DNA of 53,668 bases from a virus (taxonomy: Duplodnaviria > Caudoviricetes): positions 1 through 53,668 of IMG/VR virus record IMGVR_UViG_3300043778_000094; one strand, 5' to 3'. This document shows, piece after piece, positions 20,135 to 28,347 of the stretch. How positions within the stretch are numbered: the stretch's first letter is position 1; every line of letters starts with the position of its first letter. The position numbers were made by a program, and so were the translations under genes. The notes below the pieces were generated by a model. The model saw only the letters and a list, made by a program, of their open reading frames with translations, was not told the origin of the DNA and ran no database searches.

Positions 20135-20643
20135 GCGATCATCGGCGGATCATGAATATGGTTTCGCGCGGCGTTATTGCGTCGACGGATGACGAAACCG
20201 GATTGCAGCTCGATCAAGTCTCGCTGCTCTACGAAGAGGACAAGATTGCGGTCGAGCGGTTCCAGAATTACGGATTTTCATCCTCCCCCCCAGCCGACAG
20301 CGAGGCGCTGGTGGTTTTTGTCGGGGGAGGCCGCGACCATGGGGCAATCGTGGGGACAGATGACCGCCAGTCGCGTTTCACCGGGCTCGAACCTGGTGCA
20401 GTCGCGATCTACACCAACGAAGGCGACAGCATTGTCCTGAAGCGCAACGGCATTATCGAAATCACGACAAAGCATTTGGTGATCACCGCCGAGGAGGACG
20501 TGACCATCAAAACCGAAAAGATCGAAATCGAAGCCCCCGAGATTGCCATCAAGGGCGACATCGAGCTGGACGGGGACCTGAACGCCACCGGCAGCATAAA
20601 CGCCCCCCAGGGCAGCGTGGGAGGCGCTGGGCGCGATGAGTGA
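20131..20643 (+). CDS. Baseplate spike (Mu gp45-like)
   Basis: VERFQNYGFSSSPP..GGGRDHG..DDR..LEPGAVAIY. Confidence 0.9.
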   Translation: MSDHRRIMNMVSRGVIASTDDETGLQLDQVSLLYEEDKIAVERFQNYGFSSSPPADSEALVVFVGGGRDHGAIVGTDDRQSRFTGLEPGAVAIYTNEGDSIVLKRNGIIEITTKHLVITAEEDVTIKTEKIEIEAPEIAIKGDIELDGDLNATGSINAPQGSVGGAGRDE

Positions 20644-21118
20644 CCTGCTGACCACTTGGGACCCCTCCCGTCTTACAGGGGATTGGATGCTCGCGGCCGG
20701 CGATCTGGTGGCGGGGGATGACCTCGAAACCAGCGTGATCCTGAGCCTATTCACCGATCGGCTGGCCACGGCGGACGATCCGCTGCCTGACCCCACGGAT
20801 GGCGATCGGCGCGGCTGGTGGGCCGATGACGGCGCGGCAGAGGGTCCGCTCGGGTCGAGGCTATGGCTGATCAGCCGTGAAAAGGAAACGAACCAGGTCA
20901 GGCTGCGCGCCGAGGATTACTGCCGCGAGGCCCTGGCCTGGCTGCTGGAGGATGGGGTTGCAGACGAAATCACCATCCTCGCCGAATGGCCGCGCGCGGC
21001 ACCGGGGCGGCTCGATGTGGGGGTCGTCATCATCCGCGAGGGGGCTGAGCTGTTGAACCGCCGTTATTCCTGGGCCTGGTCGGAGTCGAGCCGTGCCTTT
21101 CGAGCGCCCGCTACTTGA
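20636..21118 (+). CDS. Baseplate wedge protein (Mu gp46-like)
   Basis: LETSVILSLFTDR..RGWWAD..GSRLWL. Confidence 0.92.
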   Translation: MSDLLTTWDPSRLTGDWMLAAGDLVAGDDLETSVILSLFTDRLATADDPLPDPTDGDRRGWWADDGAAEGPLGSRLWLISREKETNQVRLRAEDYCREALAWLLEDGVADEITILAEWPRAAPGRLDVGVVIIREGAELLNRRYSWAWSESSRAFRAPAT

Positions 21119-22154
21119 GGATTTGCGCCGCAGGATCGGCGCGGACCTAGAAGCCAAATTGCGGGGAGCCGACACCAGGCTTCGCGTCAACAACCTACGC
21201 GCATTTTCGGAGGTCGAGGCCGGATCCGCGCATTTGCTGTACGGCAGGCTGGAATGGTCATTCCGCCAATTGTTCCCAGACAGCGCCGAGCAGGAATTTC
21301 TGGACCGCTGGGCGTCCATCTGGGGGGTCCCCCGCATCCCCGCTGCGATCGCCAATGGGCCGGCGACCTGGCCGGCTGATGCTGGGGCCTCGATCCGCGA
21401 CGATGCCCAGGTGCGGCGCGCCGACGGGGTCGAATACACCATCCCGCTCGGGGCCTCGGAGGCAGGGGGGCAAATCACCGTCACTCTGTACGCGAGCGAG
21501 GCTGGTGCTGCTGGCAATGCCGAGCCTGGGGTGCAGCTCCAGCTTTTGACGACATTCGCCGGGGTCGCGGTCACTGGCGAGGTCGCAGAGCCTGGCCTGG
21601 CTGGGGGAGCCGACGAGCAAATCGACGCTGCCCTGCTGCGCGCGGTCCTGGCACGCATCCGCCAGCCGCCCCATGGGGGTGCAGCGTTCGACTATGTGCG
21701 CTGGGCGCTGGAGGTCCCAGGGGTGACAAGGGCCTGGTGCTACCCGCTGCAGGGCGGTGCCGGCTCGGTGACCGTGCGCTTCATGATGGATGAGGTTCGC
21801 GGCCCCTCGGGCATCCCGACCCCTGCCGACGTGGAGCTGGTGGCAGCGCACATCGAGCCGGTGCGGCCAGTCACGGCGCGGGTCCTGGTGTTCGCCCCGG
21901 TCGAGATCCCGGTGGACGTGGTGATTGCCGACCTGGAGCCTGACACCCCGGAAATCCGCCGCCTGATCTATGAGGGGCTTTATCACATGCTGCTGGAGGA
22001 GGCCGAACCGGGCGGCTCGATCTACCGCGACCAATGGTCAGCCGCTATCTCATTCACCCCAGGCGTCAGGCGCTTTGTGCTGGTCAGCCCAACAGACCGC
22101 ATCGACGTGCAGCTCGGTGAGATTGTCGGCCTGGGGGAGGTCACCTATCAATGA
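21093..22154 (+). CDS. Baseplate J-like protein (Mu gp47-like)
   Basis: MPFERPLL, QLFPDSAE, GGADE and PPHGG..DYVRWALEVPGVTRAW motifs. Confidence 0.93.
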   Translation: MPFERPLLEDLRRRIGADLEAKLRGADTRLRVNNLRAFSEVEAGSAHLLYGRLEWSFRQLFPDSAEQEFLDRWASIWGVPRIPAAIANGPATWPADAGASIRDDAQVRRADGVEYTIPLGASEAGGQITVTLYASEAGAAGNAEPGVQLQLLTTFAGVAVTGEVAEPGLAGGADEQIDAALLRAVLARIRQPPHGGAAFDYVRWALEVPGVTRAWCYPLQGGAGSVTVRFMMDEVRGPSGIPTPADVELVAAHIEPVRPVTARVLVFAPVEIPVDVVIADLEPDTPEIRRLIYEGLYHMLLEEAEPGGSIYRDQWSAAISFTPGVRRFVLVSPTDRIDVQLGEIVGLGEVTYQ

Positions 22155-22858
22155 GGGTCGAATTATCCCGCGAAGCGCAGCCTGAGAACGAGCGCCAGCC
22201 GGTCTACGGTCTGACTGGCGACGACTACGCCCAGGTGCTCGCAGACCTGCTGCCTCGGGGCTGGGCCTGGCCGCGCGAGCCGCGCACGGTGTTGATGCGG
22301 ACCTTTGCCGGGCTGGCGGTCGAATTTGCCAGGGTCACGCATCGGGATTGTGACCTGCTGACCGAGTCCTATCCTGGCACGGCGCTGGAGACTCTGGCCG
22401 ATTGGGAACGCATCTGCGGCCTGCCTGACCCCTGCATCCAGCCGCCCTTGACCGGGCTTCAGGAACGGCGCGCGGCGGTCCTGTTCAAGCTGGCATCGAG
22501 GGGCGGGCAGAGCAAAGCCTATTATATCGCCGTCGCAGCCGCGCTTGGGTTCGATATCACGATCACCGAGTTTTTTGCCTTCCGCGCTGGAGCCAATCGA
22601 GCTGGCGAGCGCGTCAATGGGCAGGATTGGCTTTACACATGGCGGATTACCGCGATCAATAATCGCGTCTGGTCATTCCGGGCTGGCCGCAGCACTGCTG
22701 GGGAGCGGCTGCGGCGCTGGGGCAATCGGATGTTGGAATGCGTCATCGAGCCTCTGAAGCCGGCTCACACCATCCTGCAATTCGCCTATGTCGGTTCGAT
22801 TTGGGATGAGGGTTATTCCGAATGGGACGGCGGCAGCTCGCTCTGGGACATGCCCTAA
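22151..22858 (+). CDS. Baseplate wedge (Mu gp48/YmfQ-like)
   Basis: LLPRGWAW, LADWERICGLPD, GGQSKAYYI and LECVIEPLKPAHT motifs. Confidence 0.92.
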   Translation: MRVELSREAQPENERQPVYGLTGDDYAQVLADLLPRGWAWPREPRTVLMRTFAGLAVEFARVTHRDCDLLTESYPGTALETLADWERICGLPDPCIQPPLTGLQERRAAVLFKLASRGGQSKAYYIAVAAALGFDITITEFFAFRAGANRAGERVNGQDWLYTWRITAINNRVWSFRAGRSTAGERLRRWGNRMLECVIEPLKPAHTILQFAYVGSIWDEGYSEWDGGSSLWDMP

Positions 22859-23430
22859 TGGTTAGTCAGATTGATCCGTCATTGCCGATTACGGGCCGGC
22901 CGCAGACCGACAGCGTACGCCGCAACTTCCTGCATGCGCGGGACGAGATCAGCGCAATACAGGCTGGCGGTCCGTTTCAGAATATAGCGACGACTATGCT
23001 CAACATTGTCCCGCCGCTTGACGCAGTGACTTCAGGTTACGGGATGTGGAGCGACTCCGAATTTTTCAATATCGGTGAGACGCAAACCCGCAACCCGATA
23101 CTGATGGGGGCTACGAGCGCAGCCGGTAATAGCGTCTGGGTGCAAGGCGTCGTCGGGTCCGAAGCGGCTGTCCCTTCATTTGCCCTGATTACCAGCAGGT
23201 TTGGCGACCCTTATGTCGGTCTGTGGAATGACGGGAGCGGCCTGCAAATCGGCACTACGACCGAGTGGGGGTTGCCAGACCGCGCAGTGATTTCGATCAC
23301 CAAGGATGGCGCGAGCTTCCTGCTCCCTGTCCAGCTCCCTGCCGATCCGGTTGAGGACCTTGAGGCCGCGACCAAGCAATATGTCGATGATGCGATTGCT
23401 GCCTTGCGCGCTGAGCTGCTGCACAGATGA
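22858..23430 (+). CDS. Short fibre-like protein
   Basis: TAATG coupling; MVSQIDPSLP..VRRNF..ARDEI N-terminus and LPADPVEDLEAATKQYVD fibre motif. Confidence 0.65.
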   Translation: MVSQIDPSLPITGRPQTDSVRRNFLHARDEISAIQAGGPFQNIATTMLNIVPPLDAVTSGYGMWSDSEFFNIGETQTRNPILMGATSAAGNSVWVQGVVGSEAAVPSFALITSRFGDPYVGLWNDGSGLQIGTTTEWGLPDRAVISITKDGASFLLPVQLPADPVEDLEAATKQYVDDAIAALRAELLHR

Positions 23431-23440
23431 GGGGGGACAG

Positions 23441-23641
23441 ATGGACGCCACTGCTGAAATCACCATGACGATGACCGCCGCAGAATGGAACCAGGTGCTC
23501 GCCATCCTGGGCGAGGGGGGACCCTGGCGGATCGTCGACCCGCTAATCCGCAAGCTTGCCCAACAGGGGCAGGCACAAGCTATGGCCAATGGCAGCGGCA
23601 TGCCCGCGCTCGACGGGGAGACTCCGCGTGTTCAGAATTGA
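23441..23641 (+). CDS. Small hypothetical protein (possible fibre chaperone)
   Basis: GAGGGG SD; 66 aa, EWNQVLAILGE..PWRIVDPLI. Confidence 0.65.
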   Translation: MDATAEITMTMTAAEWNQVLAILGEGGPWRIVDPLIRKLAQQGQAQAMANGSGMPALDGETPRVQN

Positions 23642-25103
23642 CAGTCCGAGCGCGGTCCCCTCGATCCCGATAACCCCGCCGCCATTTGCCCCTGGCTTTT
23701 TCACGGACGGCAACCCGGCCTCTGGGGCCGAGGCGACGATTGTCGATGCCTGGTGGTTGAACATGGTACAGGAGGAAATCCTGACCGTGATCACCAGTAT
23801 CGGGATGGCGGCGGACAAGGCCGACAGCAGCCAACTCTACCAGGCTATCCAGCGCATCGCCGAGGCCGCTAACCCCGACCTCGCAGGCTTTTTGCCATTG
23901 TCTGGCGGGGCGCTCTATCGCCCTGGCGGTGGGGATTTGCTGACCATTAGAGCCGATCAGCAGGCTGCGCCGTCATTGCACGCACGTCTTGTCACTACCG
24001 TTATCGGCGTTCGTACATGGGCATGTGGCACGGATTCGAGCGGCGCCTTTTCGATCACCGACATAACCGGGGACGTGGTTCGTCTGACGCTGGGCACTGG
24101 TGGAGTATTCACCTACAACGGCCCTGCGAACATTACCGGGAATTTGACTGGCAATACCATCTCGGCGGTCGGCGATGTGAGCGCGGGGAATAATCTTGTT
24201 GCGGCTAACATTGTCCGGGTCGGCGGCCAGGGCGTCCAATATCCCGCTTTGGGCAATGCTCATAATATCGGCTGGGTTTTTGATGGCTCATTCCTTGGCT
24301 TTCGTGTTGACGGCCAATTCTCGGGCGGGTTTGTTGTTCCCGGCGCGATCCAATCCAGCAGCCTTGTCGTCTCCGGTAATACGGCGCTCAATACCTGGAC
24401 GAGCGGCAGCGGCACGGTCGATGGCAATCTAGTCGTTAATTACAACGCAAGCCTCGGCTCGGCAAATATTCATGGACACTGCCAAGGCAATACGTGGCAG
24501 TTCGGCAGCGGTACCGTCATTGGCAATCTCGATTGCGGCGGCGATGGCAGTTTTGTTAACATTACCGGCCACAATCAAGTTGTGACGAATTATTTTCGCT
24601 GCACCACGGCGGATATTCAAGGCAATACGGTCATCGGCGGTCAACTGGACATTAACGGCGGCGGTTTCATCTATGCCATAAATCGCTGTTATCGTGGGTA
24701 TGAAATAAATCTAGACCCAGGCGGCATTTTTTCTGCCGCGCATGGTGCCAGTTACCAGGGAGGTCCCTGGAATACGTCGCTCGTTTTGCACACTCGCGCC
24801 GAGGCGATCGAACCCTACGAACATGGGCTTGCCGCGCTCCGTCAATTACAGCCGATGATTTACAGCGAGCGCCGCCTTATCGGTATTGCGTCCGAAGATT
24901 ATCGCGGCCCGATGCCGGAAATGGTCGTGCAGCTTGAAGTCGAGGATGACGGGATCGCGGCGGCATTGCGAACCGAGCCGCCGAAAACAGTCGAGGGATA
25001 TAACGGCGGCGCATTGACTTACGCGCTGGTAAACGCGGTCAAGGAGCTGGCCGAGCGCATCGAGGAGCTGGAGCGCGCGTGGCCGGCGCCGGCGCCAGCT
25101 TGA
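23628..25103 (+). CDS. Tail fibre protein with C-terminal S74-like chaperone domain
   Basis: Mu-type N-terminus MFRID..GFFTDGNP..WLNMVQEE (GTG start, GGGGAG SD); beta-rich shaft; C-terminal GLAALRQLQP..LVNAVKEL. Confidence 0.88.
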   Translation: MFRIDSPSAVPSIPITPPPFAPGFFTDGNPASGAEATIVDAWWLNMVQEEILTVITSIGMAADKADSSQLYQAIQRIAEAANPDLAGFLPLSGGALYRPGGGDLLTIRADQQAAPSLHARLVTTVIGVRTWACGTDSSGAFSITDITGDVVRLTLGTGGVFTYNGPANITGNLTGNTISAVGDVSAGNNLVAANIVRVGGQGVQYPALGNAHNIGWVFDGSFLGFRVDGQFSGGFVVPGAIQSSSLVVSGNTALNTWTSGSGTVDGNLVVNYNASLGSANIHGHCQGNTWQFGSGTVIGNLDCGGDGSFVNITGHNQVVTNYFRCTTADIQGNTVIGGQLDINGGGFIYAINRCYRGYEINLDPGGIFSAAHGASYQGGPWNTSLVLHTRAEAIEPYEHGLAALRQLQPMIYSERRLIGIASEDYRGPMPEMVVQLEVEDDGIAAALRTEPPKTVEGYNGGALTYALVNAVKELAERIEELERAWPAPAPA

Positions 25104-25106
25104 CGC

Positions 25107-25376
25107 TTGCCCGCGCCGCGTCCGCCTTTCGACATTTTACGGGCGGCGTTCTGGCTGCTCGCCGTGCTCGTCATTGTGACCATGGGCCTTATCGCGCTGG
25201 TCGTTACCGGTTGCGTCGTCGGCACTTTGACCGGGCGCTTCGCGGCGGGGACGTGCAACCAAATCGGCATCGGAGCCTTGATCCGCGATTACTGGTCGGA
25301 AATCTTGACGACGATCCTGGCATTGCTGGTGGCCGGCCGACCGCCACCGTCGCCGCCAGCTCCACCGGAGGAATGA
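25107..25376 (+). CDS. Putative holin
   Basis: Small protein with two hydrophobic segments directly before the endolysin; start uncertain (TTG). Confidence 0.55.
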   Translation: MPAPRPPFDILRAAFWLLAVLVIVTMGLIALVVTGCVVGTLTGRFAAGTCNQIGIGALIRDYWSEILTTILALLVAGRPPPSPPAPPEE

Positions 25377-25907
25377 ATGGCTGACAACTTTCCGCGCGCC
25401 GTAGATCACACGCTCAGGCACGAAGGCGGCTATGTCGACCACCCGGCCGACCCCGGCGGCGCCACCAACCGCGGCATCACGCTCGCCACCTATCGCGCCT
25501 GGACGAAGCGCCCGAACGCGACCAAGGAAGAACTTCGTGGGATCAGCGAGCAGACGGCACGGGAGATCTATCGCGAGAACTATTGGCACCCGATCAGCGC
25601 TGACAAATTGCCCCACGGCGTCGACCATATGGTTTTCGACATGGGGGTGAATGCCGGCACCTTCCGTTCAGCGCAACTGCTGCAAGAAGTGCTCGGCGTC
25701 CTGGTCGATGGCCGGATCGGACCGCAGACCCTGGCGGCCGCGGCGCAGGCCGACCCGCGCCAGCTGATCGATGACCTCCGGGCCCGCCACGAGCGTTACT
25801 ACCGCGGGCTCGGCACCTTCGCGACCTTTGGCCGAGGCTGGCTCGCCCGCCTCGACTCACGCCACAAGGAGGCGCTGGCGATCCTCGACGCGAGAGAAAT
25901 CGCATAG
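25377..25907 (+). CDS. Endolysin, glycoside hydrolase family 108
   Basis: HEGGYVDHPADPGGATNRGIT motif; VDGRIGPQTL and FGRGWL peptidoglycan-binding motifs. Confidence 0.93.
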   Translation: MADNFPRAVDHTLRHEGGYVDHPADPGGATNRGITLATYRAWTKRPNATKEELRGISEQTAREIYRENYWHPISADKLPHGVDHMVFDMGVNAGTFRSAQLLQEVLGVLVDGRIGPQTLAAAAQADPRQLIDDLRARHERYYRGLGTFATFGRGWLARLDSRHKEALAILDAREIA

Positions 25908-25954
25908 ACGGAAAGCGGCGACCCGCGTCCGCTTTGGTTAATTTGCCCGGTGCG

Positions 25955-26140
25955 AGGTTAGGCACATTGCGCGTAACCCATTGATGTCTGATCGCGAAAT
26001 GGAGAAGGTTAGTCATCGTAAGACGTTGAATTCATTGGCTAGTTATAGTACGGCCCGGGGAGCCATCCCTCTAAAATCGAGTTGATTTCGTTGACGTTTT
26101 CGATCTAAGTGACTAACCGGGGTGGGGAGGTTAGTCACTT
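25955..26140. other. attP: tRNA-Asn 3'-end core with arm-type repeats
   Basis: CGGCCCGGGGAGCCA at 26051-26065; AGGTTAG(G/T)CA at 25955 and 26006; 12-bp inverted repeat AAGTGACTAACC (26107-26118) / GGTTAGTCACTT (26129-26140); next to the integrase 3' end. Confidence 0.75.
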
Positions 26141-27241
26141 TCTTGATCTCGGTTGGTTCGCAATGACTAGCGGAAGCGGTGACCCGCTTCCGCTAGGCTC
26201 TGGGAATTGAATCAATCGGGCCATCCCCGCCTCTGCCATGCGCGAACGATCGGCGGCGTCGATATAGCGCTGCACCTCCCTGAGACTTCGATGACCTGAT
26301 ATCGCGGCGATTTGCGGCGCCGTGCACCCGGCTTCGGCCAAGCGCCGGCAGATCGCCTTCCTGAGCCCGTGCGCCGAACAGTGCGACAAGCCGGCCTCGT
26401 TGCACCAATCGCGAAACGCGTTGCCAAACCCGGCCACGGCAAACGACTTGCCGAATTGGGTCATCAGAAACGCCAAATTGCCGCATTCGGACGCCGCGAT
26501 GATATGCGCCAGCTCGGGATGAATCGGGACGTCCATCGGTTGTCCGGTCTTCTGCTGTCGGATCGTGAACTTGCCACCCCGGAAATGCTGCGGCCCCATG
26601 CGCACGACATCGCCGCGGCGTTGCCCGGTATAGAGCAACAACGCCATCGCCAGCCGCGGCCGCGAACCGATTGGATGCTTGGCTTCGAATTGTGCGATCT
26701 CGTCTTCGGTCCAAGTGTGATAACCGCGCTCGCGTCCGTCGGCCTTGGTTCTGGTTGATTTGGCCTGGGCGACCCCGACGGTGGGATCATCGTCGCGCAA
26801 CCCGGCTCGAACAGCATATTGCATCAAGTGCCGCACGGCTTTGAGGTAGCCATGCTGGGCGAAGGGTTGCAATTTGCCGAGGATCGCCATCACGTGCTTT
26901 TGCGACAGCTCACGCAACGAATTGTCGCCGTGCGCCTTACGGAAACGCTCGAGGATGGCGCGTCGGTTCTTTTGCGTGATCGGCGCCAGGGCAAGAAAAC
27001 TGTGATCGCCGTAATAACGGGCGATGGCCGCGCTCAGCGAACCTTGTGGGGAACGGTTCTCACCAATTTCGCGCGTCCCTGGGTTGGCAAGCGCAGCGCG
27101 ATAAGCTTCGACAAATTCCGGCGAGTCAGGGAGACCGGGCAACGGTATTCGAGATTGCCCCTTGCGGCGAAAATAATACCGCTGCCGACCGTGCCGATCG
27201 CGATATTGATTGATGTAATCAAAACGCTTTATAATCCTCAT
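26135..27241 (-). CDS. int: Tyrosine integrase
   Basis: Catalytic R (TGQRRGD), K (QQKTG), HGLR, SGH and Y (QRYI); N-terminal arm-binding RDRHGRQRYYFRR. Confidence 0.95.
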   Translation of the reverse strand: MRIIKRFDYINQYRDRHGRQRYYFRRKGQSRIPLPGLPDSPEFVEAYRAALANPGTREIGENRSPQGSLSAAIARYYGDHSFLALAPITQKNRRAILERFRKAHGDNSLRELSQKHVMAILGKLQPFAQHGYLKAVRHLMQYAVRAGLRDDDPTVGVAQAKSTRTKADGRERGYHTWTEDEIAQFEAKHPIGSRPRLAMALLLYTGQRRGDVVRMGPQHFRGGKFTIRQQKTGQPMDVPIHPELAHIIAASECGNLAFLMTQFGKSFAVAGFGNAFRDWCNEAGLSHCSAHGLRKAICRRLAEAGCTAPQIAAISGHRSLREVQRYIDAADRSRMAEAGMARLIQFPEPSGSGSPLPLVIANQPRSRK

Positions 27242-27437
27242 CGAAGACCTCATCCCATGGATTGGGTTTTGGCTTTGGTTCTGGCGCCGTTCCGCTGACA
27301 ACAGGCGGCGTCAGTTCCACCACAATACGCCCATCTTGCCCGATTTCGACGCGCGCGACCTTATGACCGGCCGCCTCGACCGCCTTGATCGCCGCCGTGA
27401 TATCGCGCTGACGAAAGGTTAGACGAACGCGAGCCAT
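27219..27437 (-). CDS. Putative excisionase
   Basis: Small basic protein FRQRDITAAIKAV..G..VARVEI..NPWD overlapping the int start. Confidence 0.6.
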   Translation of the reverse strand: MARVRLTFRQRDITAAIKAVEAAGHKVARVEIGQDGRIVVELTPPVVSGTAPEPKPKPNPWDEVFDEDYKAF

Positions 27438-27463
27438 TATACACAAAACGCGTGTATTGTCAA
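27436..27463 (-). promoter_or_regulatory. Consensus sigma70 promoter overlapping the xis start, with internal operator-like palindrome
   Basis: TTGACA (27463-27458), N16, TATAAT (27441-27436); ATACAC-N7-GTGTAT inverted repeat spanning the spacer. Confidence 0.75.
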
Positions 27464-27467
27464 GGGG

Positions 27468-27854
27468 TTAGTTCACGGTCGGCGTTGGGTCTTGTGGCAC
27501 TTCGATTTCCTGCCTCATTTTATAGGCTCGGGCTGCCTCCTCCGGGTGCTTGCTCATATCGTGGTCGAACGCGCCCGCCGGCAACTCCGCGATCGGGATG
27601 CGGCCCTCGCCGGGCCAGCCACGGCACGCGATTGTCAACAATGAATTGTCCTGCTGCCACCGGATGATGCAGGCCTCGCACAGCACCGCATAGGCGCCGT
27701 CGAGCGGCAGATCGCAGACGACACAGCCCCAGCCGTGGCCGGGGATCGCGCCGCGTTGACTTAACATGATCAGGTTGTGCGTGGGCCCGCCCTCGCACAT
27801 GCAGCACGGGCCGAGGTCGGGGAGATCGCCGTTCCCATCGTCTATTCGCGCCAT
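27468..27854 (-). CDS. Cys-rich hypothetical protein
   Basis: CCMC, CVVC and CEAC motifs; part of the leftward operon. Confidence 0.65.
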   Translation of the reverse strand: MARIDDGNGDLPDLGPCCMCEGGPTHNLIMLSQRGAIPGHGWGCVVCDLPLDGAYAVLCEACIIRWQQDNSLLTIACRGWPGEGRIPIAELPAGAFDHDMSKHPEEAARAYKMRQEIEVPQDPTPTVN

Positions 27855-27855
27855 T

Positions 27856-28347
27856 TCAGTGCCTCGTCTGGGGGACCAGCAGATCGACCATGCGGCCGAA
27901 CATATCTTTGGGCGTGCCCGATTGCCGGATCAGGCGGCGGATTTTGCCTTTGTAGTCGCGTTCGACGTCAAAGAGCGCGCCCAGCGAGCGCTCGCGGTCG
28001 CCGACAACGACCTGATAGCATTCGCGCCGCTGATCCTTGTAGGCGCCGCCCGTACCTTCTCGATCAAGTTGTCGAAAGGTGGCGTCGAAATTTTCGTCCT
28101 GGCGCACCCTCACATACCAGGCGGCGACGATGATCGCGTACTGATCGGCCCCGGCGCGTTTGAGAACTGCCTGAAACAGATTGACCGCCAAGGCCTTGTC
28201 GAGCATCCGAAAATCGAGTCCCACGACAATCGGCATACCGTCTTTCATTGCGGCGAAAAACGGCGGCAAGTCACCCTTCGCCGGCAGGTCTTGGACCGTC
28301 GCCTCGAGGTAGCGGCAATTCGCGGCGAGCCAATCGTCGAGGGTCAT
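27856..28347 (-). CDS. Hypothetical protein
   Basis: ATGA-coupled to the upstream ATPase gene. Confidence 0.7.
   Translation of the reverse strand: MTLDDWLAANCRYLEATVQDLPAKGDLPPFFAAMKDGMPIVVGLDFRMLDKALAVNLFQAVLKRAGADQYAIIVAAWYVRVRQDENFDATFRQLDREGTGGAYKDQRRECYQVVVGDRERSLGALFDVERDYKGKIRRLIRQSGTPKDMFGRMVDLLVPQTRH

Noticed and set aside
23628-25103. Diversity-generating retroelement or invertase acting on the tail fibre
   Set aside because: No reverse transcriptase, invertase, template repeat or inverted fibre cassette was seen.
26051-26065. tRNA gene
   Set aside because: Only the 3' 15 nt are present with no cloverleaf; interpreted as the att core.
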